Of a DNA stretch of 64,000 nucleotides, positions 6,716-16,352 are shown piece after piece. How positions within the stretch are numbered: position 1 is the stretch's first letter; each line of letters begins with the position of its first letter. Origin of the DNA: Parcubacteria group bacterium Athens0714_16 (GTDB lineage Bacteria > Patescibacteriota > Minisyncoccia > Phycocordibacterales > 21-14-all-36-13); NCBI GenBank assembly GCA_007376805.1, contig VMGX01000002.1, positions 47,116 through 111,115 of the forward strand. The letters are read 5' to 3'. The position numbers were made by a program, and so were the translations under genes. The notes beneath the pieces were generated by a model. That model ran no database searches. It had not been told where the DNA came from and saw only the letters and a list, made by a program, of their open reading frames with translations.

Positions 6716-8863
6716 TTAGAGTCCTTTTTTCTTTGCGAAATTTGGGTTTGCTTGCTTTATAGACAAACTTATTCTATCTTTCTCATCAATCTCTTTTATG
6801 ACAACAGGAACCACATCCCCCTCTTTTATATAATCAGAAACATTTTCTACTCTAAATGGTGCAATTTCAGAAATGTGAACAAGGCCTTCCGCGCTGTATC
6901 CTATTTTAACAAATGCTCCGAAATCCATCACCTTTATTACTGTTCCTTCAAATTTTTCCCCCGCTTTATATTCTCTTGTCATATCACTGATAATTTTTAT
7001 TGCTTTTTCTGCACTGTCTCCAACTCCTGTTACATAAACTAAACCGCTATCTTCTATTGTTATCTCAGCTCCGGTCAAATCTCTTATTTCATTTATTGTT
7101 TTACCACCAGAACCGATAACCATTCCAATTTGGTCGGGTTTTATTTGGACTGTAAGAATTTTTGGTGCATATTTTGAAATTTCTTTTTTTGGAGCAGAAA
7201 TTTCTTTTGTAATAACTTCCAAAATTTTTATTCTTGCTTGTTTTGCTCTTTCGAGTGCTTCTTCGAGGATGGATACTGGAATACCATCAACTTTTATGTC
7301 CATTTGAACTGCGGTTACACCGTCTTTTGTTCCAGCAACTTTGAAGTCCATGTCACCGTGATGGTCTTCTGGTCCTTGTATATCTGTTAATACTTTATAG
7401 TCCAATTTTCCAGTAGAATTTTTTCTGCTCATAAGTCCCATTGCAATTCCTGCAACTGGATTTTTTATTGGAACACCTCCGTCCATAAGCGCGATTGTGC
7501 TTCCACAAACAGACGCCATTGATGTTGAACCATTTGAAGCAAGTGCTTCGGAAACCAATCTAATTGTATAAGGGAAGGTTTCTACCGGTGGGATTACTGC
7601 AGACAAAGCTTTTTCTGCCAACGCACCATGTCCTATCATTCTTCTGTTTGTTCCACCCATTCTTCCTGTTTCACCAACTGAAAATGGTGGAAAATTGTAG
7701 TGATGCATAAATCTTTTCTTTTCGTTTACTTCAATACCATCAAGTAGTTGAGAATCATCAGGGCCGCCGAGTGTGAGAACAGACAAAACGTGTGTTCCTC
7801 CTCTATAAAAAATTCCAGTTCCGTGAAGTGTCTCTGAAACACCACCGGCTTGTGCAAAGAGTGGTCTCAAATCATCCATTCCTCTTCCGTCAGCTCTTTT
7901 ATTTTTTTCTATTGCTCCACCATGAACCATCTCGTTCACTTTTTCATCATAGAAAGCCACTGCGAGAATATAATTTTCTTCAGGTAATTGTGTTTTTACT
8001 AGGTCAGACCATTTTTCTGCACTTTTATGAATTGTTTCTTTTCCGGGAATTCCTGAAAAAATTGCACTTTCTAATTCCGGTTCGATTTCTTTTTTAAATA
8101 GGGCGATTGTTTCTGGTTTTACTTCTTTGATTGTAATTTTTCTTTTTTCTTTCCCAATTTCTTTTACAATCATTTTTTGCCATTCCTGCATTTTTTCAAT
8201 TTCAGCACTTGCTGATTTTAAACCATCAACTACAAGGTTTTCAGGAATTTCCTTTGAGCCAACTTCTATCATATTGATGTTTCCGTCTTTTCCGCATGCC
8301 AACAAATCCATTTCAAATATTCCATTTTTTCTGTGAACATATGTTGGGTTTATTATGATATTTTTATCATCTTTATTTTTTCCTATTCGAACAGCACTAA
8401 CGGGTCCATTCCAAGGAATGTTTGATGTTGCTACAGCAAGAGAAGCTGCGTTTACAGCTAAAACATCTGGGTCGTCTTCGCCGATTGATAAAACAGTTGC
8501 AACAACTTGAACTTCGTTTCTAATTCTTCCATCAAAAAGTGGTCTGATTGTTCTGTCTACAACTCTTCCGCTTAAAGTTGCTTCATCGCTCGGTCTTCCT
8601 TCCCTTCTCATAAATCTACTTCCAAGAATTTTTCCTGCAGCGTAAAATTTTTCTTCGTATTCAACTGTTAGAGGAAAATAATCGCCGTCTTTTTCGTTGT
8701 CTGACATTACAGCGGTTGCTAGAACAGCTGTGTTGCCACTTCTCAAAATAACAGAACCATGTGCTTGGTCTGCCAAATTATTGAATTCAGCCGTTATTGT
8801 TTTTCCGCCGAATTCAAGTGAATATTCTTTTTTCTTCATCCCATTAGAAACTTCTTCTTTCAT
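6716..8863 (-). CDS. pnp: polyribonucleotide nucleotidyltransferase (PNPase)
   Basis: 715 aa. Two RNase PH-like domains, then KH (GSGGKTINEI) and S1 (GTVIKVMDFGAFVKI) domains. The start may be the internal MKKKEY. Confidence 0.95.
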   Translation of the reverse strand: MKEEVSNGMKKKEYSLEFGGKTITAEFNNLADQAHGSVILRSGNTAVLATAVMSDNEKDGDYFPLTVEYEEKFYAAGKILGSRFMRREGRPSDEATLSGRVVDRTIRPLFDGRIRNEVQVVATVLSIGEDDPDVLAVNAASLAVATSNIPWNGPVSAVRIGKNKDDKNIIINPTYVHRKNGIFEMDLLACGKDGNINMIEVGSKEIPENLVVDGLKSASAEIEKMQEWQKMIVKEIGKEKRKITIKEVKPETIALFKKEIEPELESAIFSGIPGKETIHKSAEKWSDLVKTQLPEENYILAVAFYDEKVNEMVHGGAIEKNKRADGRGMDDLRPLFAQAGGVSETLHGTGIFYRGGTHVLSVLTLGGPDDSQLLDGIEVNEKKRFMHHYNFPPFSVGETGRMGGTNRRMIGHGALAEKALSAVIPPVETFPYTIRLVSEALASNGSTSMASVCGSTIALMDGGVPIKNPVAGIAMGLMSRKNSTGKLDYKVLTDIQGPEDHHGDMDFKVAGTKDGVTAVQMDIKVDGIPVSILEEALERAKQARIKILEVITKEISAPKKEISKYAPKILTVQIKPDQIGMVIGSGGKTINEIRDLTGAEITIEDSGLVYVTGVGDSAEKAIKIISDMTREYKAGEKFEGTVIKVMDFGAFVKIGYSAEGLVHISEIAPFRVENVSDYIKEGDVVPVVIKEIDEKDRISLSIKQANPNFAKKKGL

Positions 8864-8966
8864 GTCTTTAATTTAATACAAGCCCCATCAATTTTATTGT
8901 TTTAATTTCTAACGGGACAGGTACTATTTAGACCTGATTTCCAAATGTTAGGACTTGAGCTTTGTT

Positions 8967-9007
8967 ATCTGCGTCTATCTGCGGTTTTTTATCCGCGTAT
9001 ATCTGCG
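8967..9007 (-). repeat. composite CGCAGAT heptad module (four copies, 10/14/10 spacing)
   Basis: ATCTGCG at 8967, 8977 and 9001; variant ATCCGCG at 8991. The reverse complement reads CGCAGAT-ATA-CGCGGAT-AAAAAAC-CGCAGAT-AGA-CGCAGAT. Confidence 0.7.
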
Positions 9008-9178
9008 ATACGTCAAAACCTATGCATTTGAAAACCAAATCGATTAACTAATATGTTGATATTCTAACATATTTTGAGAGAAAATGAAGTTCAAATAAGG
9101 TGGGCGTGCTTTTCTTGACTTGCGTATCGTTTTGTGTTAGTTTTCATTTAGACAAATTAAAAAATAAGGAGGTTATAA

Positions 9179-9517
9179 GTGGCAAATTTTAAACCAAAAG
9201 AAGCAATAAAAGTTTTGCTTAAATCGGTTGGTTATCAAAAAGAACAAGATGTAACATCTTCCAATCTTTGGGATATTGTTGAGGAGAGATCAGTGGGAGA
9301 ATATTCGACAGAAGAAAAACTCAGGGTGTTAGTTTCTAATGTTTTTGGTAGCAACGACGAAGTAACACGCCTTGCTCAGGAGGCCTACGGGCTTGCGATT
9401 TGGGATGAGTCAGGCACAAAATGGAAATTAGTTGCTTCAAAAATTAATCTAAAAGCAATTTCGGCAGTTGAGATATTGTCGGGTTTAAATATCGAGACAG
9501 TTCCTTTAAAAAGGTAA
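9179..9517 (+). CDS. hypothetical protein
   Basis: 112-aa ORF. GTG start 7 nt after AGGAGG. Upstream TTGACT...TAGTTT promoter-like sequence. Followed by a hairpin terminator. Confidence 0.55.
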   Translation: MANFKPKEAIKVLLKSVGYQKEQDVTSSNLWDIVEERSVGEYSTEEKLRVLVSNVFGSNDEVTRLAQEAYGLAIWDESGTKWKLVASKINLKAISAVEILSGLNIETVPLKR

Positions 9518-9640
9518 TTAAAATTTGAAATATTTTTTTAAAACAAAAGGCACGATGCTAATCGTGCCTTTTTTATTTTTCTAAAAACTACTTGTCTGCC
9601 TCAGGCAGAGAACCTAGCCCCTAGAAACTAGAACCTAATC

Positions 9641-10180
9641 CTACTTCCTTCTTATCAACCCAGCAATTTTTCCATGGCCGATTAAATATTTTGAAGGCTC
9701 TTCATCCAAATCAGCAAAGTCGTCAACCGATTCTTTTAATTTTGCAGAAGTTGATTTCCCAAATGAAATTGCTTCAACCTGACATCCAACATGAATTTTT
9801 AAATATTGAACTAATGGAACGAAATCGCCATCGCCAGTTACTAATACAACCGCATCCAATCTTGGTGCATGTGCTAATGCATCAATCGCCATACCAACAT
9901 CCCAATCAGCTTTTTTTGCACCACCCGCGAAGATTTGTAAGTCCTTAACTTTTGTTTCAATCCCAATTTTCTCAAGTGCCTCAAAAAATCCTTTTTCTTC
10001 ACCCGACTCTGTTTTTATTACATATGCAATTGCCCTAATCAAAACTCTCCCAGCAACTGCTTTTTTCAAGACCTCAGCAAAATTAACCTTTGATTGATAA
10101 AGATTTTTTGCACTGTGGTAAATGTTTTGTGTATCTATGTAAACTCCAACTCTTTGCTCTTTGTGTTTTATAACTGACAT
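9641..10180 (-). CDS. NYN/LabA-like (PIN-fold) domain protein
   Basis: GVYIDTQNIYHSA and VLVTGDGDFVPLV motifs are typical of the LabA/DUF88 NYN domain. Confidence 0.75.
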   Translation of the reverse strand: MSVIKHKEQRVGVYIDTQNIYHSAKNLYQSKVNFAEVLKKAVAGRVLIRAIAYVIKTESGEEKGFFEALEKIGIETKVKDLQIFAGGAKKADWDVGMAIDALAHAPRLDAVVLVTGDGDFVPLVQYLKIHVGCQVEAISFGKSTSAKLKESVDDFADLDEEPSKYLIGHGKIAGLIRRK

Positions 10181-10450
10181 GATATAAAAATTTAAAATGC
10201 AAATCTCAAAATGAAAAATGACAATTTAAAATGTTAAAATTATTAAAAAACTTCTTTTAAAAAATTTACAAAAAAATAGTTTATTTGCAAATAGTGAATT
10301 CCACAACTTTAAAATCTCTCGATGAGATTTTAAAGAACCGTGCCAGCTTTTCAGTCAATAACTTTGCACTTTGACTTTTAAACTTTGCACTTCGCTTACA
10401 TATTAACACTAAAGAATTAAAACAAAAATCATCCGGTTGGATGATTTTTG

Positions 10451-10720
10451 TTATTTTATTTTCAGTCCTATTTTTTTAGCTACAGAATTGTATTTTTTGA
10501 GATCTTTTTCTTGCAAGTATTTAACATGCTTTCTTCTGTCGGCAACCATTTGAAGCAATCCTCTTCTTGAGCTATTGTCTTTCTGATGTTTTTTTAGATG
10601 ACCAGCAAGTTCGTCAATTCTTTTTGTGAGCAATGAAATCTGTACTTCTGGAGAACCTGAATCTTTTTCATTTCTCCCCATTTCCTTTATTATTTTTTGC
10701 TTTTTTCTTTTTGTTAACAT
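10451..10720 (-). CDS. rpsO: 30S ribosomal protein S15
   Basis: 89 aa. [14 protein letters not shown]...[19 protein letters not shown] matches the S15 signature. Located near pnp, as is common. Confidence 0.95.
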   Translation of the reverse strand: MLTKRKKQKIIKEMGRNEKDSGSPEVQISLLTKRIDELAGHLKKHQKDNSSRRGLLQMVADRRKHVKYLQEKDLKKYNSVAKKIGLKIK

Positions 10721-10809
10721 TACCCCAAAAGAATAGCATAAAACGTGAATTTTGCAAATTCTTTCCGATATTGCTATATTTTCATTAGAACAATTGAATA
10801 GGAGGATAG

Positions 10810-10998
10810 GTGTTCAAAAACATATCTAAATTTCGTGGGCCTTTATTTTTTTTGGCCCTTATTACTTTCTTGGCGAGTATTGCTGTAGAAAAGATGAATT
10901 TCAAAGATAATTTTCTATATCAAGTGCTTTGTGTTCTTGCTTTTGTTTTGTTTTTTAGTGCCGTATACATTTGGATAAGATACCAAACCAAAAACTAG
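10810..10998 (+). CDS. hypothetical small membrane protein
   Basis: 62-aa ORF with two hydrophobic helices. GTG start after AGGAGG. Confidence 0.4.
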   Translation: MFKNISKFRGPLFFLALITFLASIAVEKMNFKDNFLYQVLCVLAFVLFFSAVYIWIRYQTKN

Positions 10999-11101
10999 TT
11001 CCGGAAAAGCTCCATGTGGGGCTTTTTTTATACAACAAAATGTTGCAATACCAGTGTCGCAAAATCTTTGAAAGGATAATTTTTTAGTTTATAATATTCA
11101 T

Positions 11102-12034
11102 ATGTCGGAAAATGAATTGTTAAAACTAAAAAGAGAATTTCTCGAATATTTAGAAATTGAAAAAGGAAGAAATATAAAGACAATAAACAACTACGAGAGA
11201 TATTTGTCTCGTTTTCTTGAGTTTGCGAATATACAATCACCAAAAGAAATAACAGACGATATTTTGAGAACATATCGCCTTTGGTTAAATCGACAATTTT
11301 CTGGGACAAGTGTTGGGGGAATAAAAGAAACATTAAAAAAGAAGACGCAAAACTATTATTTAATTGCACTTCGTGGATTTTTAAAATATTTAGCAAGAAG
11401 AGAAATTAGGTCATTGCCCCCAGAAAGAATTGAACTTGCAAAAGTAGCTGAAAGAACAATAGACGTAATTACATACGAAGAACTTGAACGACTCCTTTCT
11501 GCTCCGGACGGAAGTGATATAAAAAGTTTGAGAGACGGCGCTATTTTAGAATTATTATTTTCGACAGGACTTCGTGTTTCAGAACTTTGTTCTCTTCAGA
11601 GAGATATAGATTTAAGTAAAGGAGAACTTTCTGTTAGAGGAAAGGGTGATAAAGTGCGAGTTGTTTTTATTTCTGAAAAAGCAAAGATGACAATAAAAAC
11701 GTATTTAGACAAAAGAAAAGATATGGATGATTCACTTTTTGTTCAATTATCTCCGTCGGGCAAAGACGCAGATAGAGAATCAAATCGACTCACACCTCGT
11801 TCAATTGAAAGAATTATAAAAAAGTATGCAATTAAGGCGGGTATATCAAAAAAGGTTACTCCACACGTTATTCGTCATAGTTTTGCTACGGATTTGCTTG
11901 AAAATGGCGCTGATTTGCGTTCAGTTCAGATTTTACTCGGTCATTCAAATATTTCTACCACACAGATTTATACACACGTAACAGACAAACACCTTCGCGA
12001 GATTCATAAAAATTTCCATGACAAAAGAAGGTAG
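11102..12034 (+). CDS. tyrosine recombinase XerC/XerD family
   Basis: Catalytic region HVIRHSFATDLLENGADLRSVQILLGHSNISTTQIYTHV, with upstream R and K residues of the integrase fold. Confidence 0.9.
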   Translation: MSENELLKLKREFLEYLEIEKGRNIKTINNYERYLSRFLEFANIQSPKEITDDILRTYRLWLNRQFSGTSVGGIKETLKKKTQNYYLIALRGFLKYLARREIRSLPPERIELAKVAERTIDVITYEELERLLSAPDGSDIKSLRDGAILELLFSTGLRVSELCSLQRDIDLSKGELSVRGKGDKVRVVFISEKAKMTIKTYLDKRKDMDDSLFVQLSPSGKDADRESNRLTPRSIERIIKKYAIKAGISKKVTPHVIRHSFATDLLENGADLRSVQILLGHSNISTTQIYTHVTDKHLREIHKNFHDKRR

Positions 12035-12064
12035 TGTTGTAGAACCAAATAGTAAATTACAAAA

Positions 12065-12853
12065 ATGAATGGCACAAAAAATATAAAAATAATTTCTTGG
12101 AACATAAACGGAATCCGTTCTGCACACAAGAATAATAATGTAAACGATATATTAAATTTATCACCTGATATTTTGTGTTTGCAGGAAGTAAAAGCGGACC
12201 CACATCAAATACCAGAAGAAATTCGTGAGCCGAAAGGATATTTTTCCTACTTCTTCCCTTCCGTGGTTAGAAAGGGGTATAGCGGTGTTGCTGTTTATAC
12301 AAAAATAAAACCAGAAAAAGTTGAAAATGGAATTGGTGTAGAGAAATTTGATGAGCAAGGGAGAATGCAAACATTATTTTTTGAGAATTTTGTTTTGGTG
12401 AATGTTTATATACCTAACGGTGGAAGCAAAACAGCAAATCTTGATTTTAAATTTGAATTTTATGATTTATTTTTGAAAAGAATTGATGAATTAAAAAAGA
12501 AATATAAAAATATAATTTTTTGTGGAGATATAAATGTTGCGCATAGAGAAATTGACATTGCGAGACCAAAAGAAAATCAGAATCATATCGGATTTTTACC
12601 AGAAGAAAGAGCTTGGGTTGATAAGGTTTTGGAACATGGATATGTAGACACTTTTAGACATTTTAACCCAAATCAGTTCAACGCTTATACATACTGGGAC
12701 TTAATAACTTATGCAAGAGATAGAAATGTTGGGTGGCGACTTGATTATTTTTTTGTAAATAAAGAGTTTATAAAAAATATAAAAACATCAGAAATTTTAG
12801 GTGATGTTTATGGTTCAGACCACTGCCCGATCCTTCTCGAGATATCCGGTTAG
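12065..12853 (+). CDS. xth: exodeoxyribonuclease III
   Basis: 262 aa. WNINGIR, LCLQEVK and C-terminal GSDHCP motifs of the ExoIII/AP endonuclease family. Confidence 0.9.
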   Translation: MNGTKNIKIISWNINGIRSAHKNNNVNDILNLSPDILCLQEVKADPHQIPEEIREPKGYFSYFFPSVVRKGYSGVAVYTKIKPEKVENGIGVEKFDEQGRMQTLFFENFVLVNVYIPNGGSKTANLDFKFEFYDLFLKRIDELKKKYKNIIFCGDINVAHREIDIARPKENQNHIGFLPEERAWVDKVLEHGYVDTFRHFNPNQFNAYTYWDLITYARDRNVGWRLDYFFVNKEFIKNIKTSEILGDVYGSDHCPILLEISG

Positions 12854-13210
12854 TTTAAAGGACAATTTAGGTATTTTTAAAGGACAAGTTATCCACACTT
12901 TGTCCTTGACACCTTTTTTATTGAGAATAAACTTATTGATAGAGAAGTTTTTTTAATGTCTTCCAGACAGTAAATAACTTTGAGTTGTTCTTTAAAGATG
13001 AGCTCATCTTCTACTAATAGCAATCTCTTCTGGCAAAGTGTGTTTGTAAACAATTACACGAAATCCCAAACATTTAAATTTTTTATTTCGGTTTCTTGTG
13101 TAACAATAATGACACATTTAATGCGCAAAGTTTGCTGGTGGAAGATTTTAATATAGCCACTTGGTAATAAAGAAATTCAATCATTCTACTCATTACCAAG
13201 TGGCTTTTCT

Positions 13211-13362
13211 TTTCCCAAAAAATAAAGAACGAAGTGACTATATTTTTTGAGGACCCAGCCCCACTTTTCTAAAAAGACAGGAAGTATCATAAAACTGAAA
13301 AAGGGTTCCAAAATTTGGGATAATATTTATGGTTTGTTATAAAAAAGTGGGGCTGTGGTGCC
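13211..13362 (+). repeat. dispersed intergenic element with internal inverted repeat CAGCCCCACTTTT / AAAAGTGGGGCTG (copy A)
   Basis: Inverted-repeat arms at 13256-13268 and 13343-13355. Alignable over about 150 nt with the reverse complement of 55966-56117. Confidence 0.75.
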
Positions 13363-13462
13363 AAAACTAAGAGAGTTAAGCGGGTTTGTTTCTTGTGAAA
13401 CATTGCAAAATGAGCATTTTACAGTAGATATTTGTTTTATAATAAAAATGTTATTCGTGAAA

Positions 13463-13497
13463 CACCCCAGAAAACAATGTTTTCTGGGGTGTTTTTG
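13463..13497 (+). terminator. rho-independent terminator
   Basis: CACCCCAGAAAACA-ATG-TTTTCTGGGGTG followed by TTTTT. Confidence 0.7.
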
Positions 13498-13593
13498 ATT
13501 TTTGTGTTATATACACTTCGTAAATAAGATGTTTCACAAATAACCAAATAAAAAATAAAATTAAACAAAATAGGACGTTTCTTGTGAAACGTC

Positions 13594-15075
13594 CTATTTT
13601 ACACCATATTTACCTCTTAATATCTTCTTTTCTTTTTCTTCTTCTGCCCCCATTTTTTCTTTTCCCTTTTCTCCAAGCTCGCGAAGCGTTTGGTTATCAA
13701 ACTTTGATAGCTCCACAGTTCTTTTTTCAAGGTAATCCTTGGTATTTTTTTTGGGATCGCCCAAAACTTCTTCAAGAAGCGCGCTTAATATGTATCCTAT
13801 TTTAGGCCCCGGTGTTTCTTGTGTAACGTTCATTATTCCCGACCCGTCTATTTTAAGCATTTTTACTGAAATTGGGTCTCTTATCACTTCCTCGATCATT
13901 GATTTGTATTTTCTTAATCTATAAGGGTCTTCTTTTGGTCTACCCGTTCCTACGCGATCTGCGATCCTTATGTTCATTAGATCCCAAATGTTTTCTGGTC
14001 CCACATTACTTAACATTCTTCTAACCGCTGACAATGTTATTTGATCTGTGTCTGAAAAAAACATATGCCATCTTGTTAATAAAACAACTTTTTCTATTGT
14101 TTTTGTTGGGAATTTTAGGTTTTTTAGTATTTTTTCTGTAATTTGTGAACCAACAACCTCGTGTCCATGAAACGTCCAGTCCTGTTTTTCTTCAGACCAT
14201 CTTCTTGTTCTTGGTTTCCCTATATCATGAAAAAGTGCGGATAATCTTATTTCGAGGGACCATTTTTTGTTTGAAGTAACCTGAACTGCCCTTAAAGAGT
14301 GTTCCCAGACGTCGTATGAATGTGCCTGGTTTTGTTTTGTTCCCAAACCTTCCTCCAGTTCAGGAATTATATATTCTAAGATATTTAATCTGTTCATCAT
14401 TTCTATTCCGAACATTGGTCTATCTGACATGATAATTTTGATAAATTCATCACGAATTCTTTCTTTTGCTATCAAATCTATCTTTTGTGGCATCTTTTTT
14501 ATTGATTTCTCTGTTTCTGTGTTTATTATAAAACCAAGTTCTGAGGATAACCTTATTGCTCTTAGTATTCTTAAACCATCTTCATTAAATCTCTCATCTG
14601 CTTTCCCAACAGTTTTTATTATGCCATTGTTCAAATCTTTTATTCCCCCAAACAAATCTATCACTGTTTCATATAGAACATTGGTTGTTTCACGTGAAAC
14701 CTTTAATGCAAGTGCATTTATAGTAAAATCACGTCTTTTTAGATCATCTTCCAGTTTTTCACTAAAAACAACACTGTCCGGTCTTCTGCTATCGGAATAG
14801 TTTGCGTCTAGTCTGTATGTTGTGACTTCTACAACTTTTAGTTTCTCATTTTCTGTTTCGTCGTTAACAACACGAACCGTTCCAAAGTCGTTGTCATAAT
14901 GTGAATGTTCAAAAAGGGAAGTGATTTGGTCTGGTCTGGCGCTTGTTGTTATGTCCCAATCTTTCGGCTCTCTGTTCATAAAAATGTCCCTTACACAGCC
15001 ACCAACAAGATACGCCTCAAAACCAGCGCTTTCTAATTTTCCAGTTATTTGGGATATTTCTTTTGGTATTTGCAT
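13594..15075 (-). CDS. cca: CCA-adding enzyme / poly(A) polymerase family nucleotidyltransferase with HD domain
   Basis: N-terminal GGCVRD nucleotidyltransferase motif, central RLSALFHDIGKP HD motif, and a long C-terminal extension. Confidence 0.85.
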   Translation of the reverse strand: MQIPKEISQITGKLESAGFEAYLVGGCVRDIFMNREPKDWDITTSARPDQITSLFEHSHYDNDFGTVRVVNDETENEKLKVVEVTTYRLDANYSDSRRPDSVVFSEKLEDDLKRRDFTINALALKVSRETTNVLYETVIDLFGGIKDLNNGIIKTVGKADERFNEDGLRILRAIRLSSELGFIINTETEKSIKKMPQKIDLIAKERIRDEFIKIIMSDRPMFGIEMMNRLNILEYIIPELEEGLGTKQNQAHSYDVWEHSLRAVQVTSNKKWSLEIRLSALFHDIGKPRTRRWSEEKQDWTFHGHEVVGSQITEKILKNLKFPTKTIEKVVLLTRWHMFFSDTDQITLSAVRRMLSNVGPENIWDLMNIRIADRVGTGRPKEDPYRLRKYKSMIEEVIRDPISVKMLKIDGSGIMNVTQETPGPKIGYILSALLEEVLGDPKKNTKDYLEKRTVELSKFDNQTLRELGEKGKEKMGAEEEKEKKILRGKYGVK

Positions 15076-15097
15076 GATAGATTTTTAATGAGTGAAG

Positions 15098-15360
15098 CGA
15101 ATATAAAAATCATCATCCAGCTCCACTTTTACATAACAATTATCTCATCCAGCACCACTTTTGTAACAGATTTTTGTTTTATCACTAAACTTTAGAAAAT
15201 TTTCTTAGGTTTATAATGTCTTTAAAATCAAAAACAAAAGTGGTGCTGGATATTTTCAATACTCATAAAAATATATAAAATCACTTTGTAAAGAATTGTT
15301 CCGTAAAAGTGGGGCTGGATTCTCAAAAAATATACTCATCCTTTTCGTTATTTTTTGGAA
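15098..15360. repeat. nested copies of the CAGCYCCACTTTT inverted-repeat element (copy C)
   Basis: Outer arms at 15118-15130 and 15305-15317. Inner arms at 15150-15162 and 15236-15248. The right flank matches the conserved flank of copies A and B. Confidence 0.7.
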
Positions 15361-15394
15361 AATAAATTTGTTTCCTTCGCCCGCACATTATATG

Positions 15395-15466
15395 TGCTCC
15401 CGCCAGGACTCGAACCCGGAACAACGGTTCCGAAGACCGTTGTGATATCCATTTCACCACAGGAGC
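15395..15466 (-). tRNA. tRNA-Arg (anticodon UCG)
   Basis: Hand-folded cloverleaf. Acceptor GCTCCTG/CGGGAGC, anticodon loop CTTCGGA, T-loop TTCGAGT. 72 nt, no encoded CCA. Confidence 0.85.
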
Positions 15467-15665
15467 ATGGCTATATTATCCATTAAAATTGGCTAAAAGT
15501 AAAGAAAATATTATTGAGCGTTTTATTTTCTTAATATTTTAGCAGAAATTATTCTGTCATTATTATTACAATATCACAATTACAGATCGCCCGGGATTAC
15601 TTTCTTGTAGTTCGGATTTGTGTTAGCATGTATATTATAATACCTTAGGGGTACGGCACTGATAT

Positions 15666-16352
15666 GTGATAGAAAATAGATTTAACTTAAACATGAAAGA
15701 TAAAAAAGACAGAGCATTTGAATTAAGAAAAAATGGCCATACGTATGCTTATATTAGTGAAATATTGGGCGTGCCAAAAAGTACGCTTTCAGATTGGTTT
15801 GCACACCACCCATGGTCTGAAGAAATTAGGAAAAAAAATTCTATAGTATCTGCAAAAAGAAACATTCAAAATCTTAATGAAAAAACAAAAAATAAATTAA
15901 AAGAAAAATATAAAAAAGCTGAAAAAGAGGCGGAAATGGAATTTAAAAAACATAAAAATAACCCACTTTTTGTTGCGGGTTTAATGTTATATATAGGAGA
16001 AGGAGACAAAAATATTGTTGACGGGATGATAAGAATAAGTAATTTTGACCCAAATGTACTTAAAATTTTTATGTTATTTTTGGACAAGTTTTTCTTTGTT
16101 AAAAAAGAAAAAGTTAAGTTTTGGATATTATTGTATCCAGATTTGAACGAAAAAACATGTAAAGTTTGGTGGAAAAACAAGTTACAAATAGGGGACAGAG
16201 ATTTTTATAAAAACCAGATTATAAAAGGAAAACATAAGAAAAAAAGGTTGCAATATGGCGTCGGAAATATTATTCTTAGTAATAAGTTTTTGAAGAAAAA
16301 GTTGTTAAGGTGGATTGATCTTATTTCAGAACATATTGCGGGTATGGTTTAG
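15666..16352 (+). CDS. HTH + LAGLIDADG-like homing-endonuclease-like protein
   Basis: 228 aa. N-terminal HTH-like segment (ISEILGVPKSTLSDW). Single LAGLIDADG-like motif LFVAGLMLYIGEGDK. Paralog of 22859-23545. The stop codon lies inside tRNA-Gly. The start may be ATG 15693. Confidence 0.55.
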   Translation: MIENRFNLNMKDKKDRAFELRKNGHTYAYISEILGVPKSTLSDWFAHHPWSEEIRKKNSIVSAKRNIQNLNEKTKNKLKEKYKKAEKEAEMEFKKHKNNPLFVAGLMLYIGEGDKNIVDGMIRISNFDPNVLKIFMLFLDKFFFVKKEKVKFWILLYPDLNEKTCKVWWKNKLQIGDRDFYKNQIIKGKHKKKRLQYGVGNIILSNKFLKKKLLRWIDLISEHIAGMV

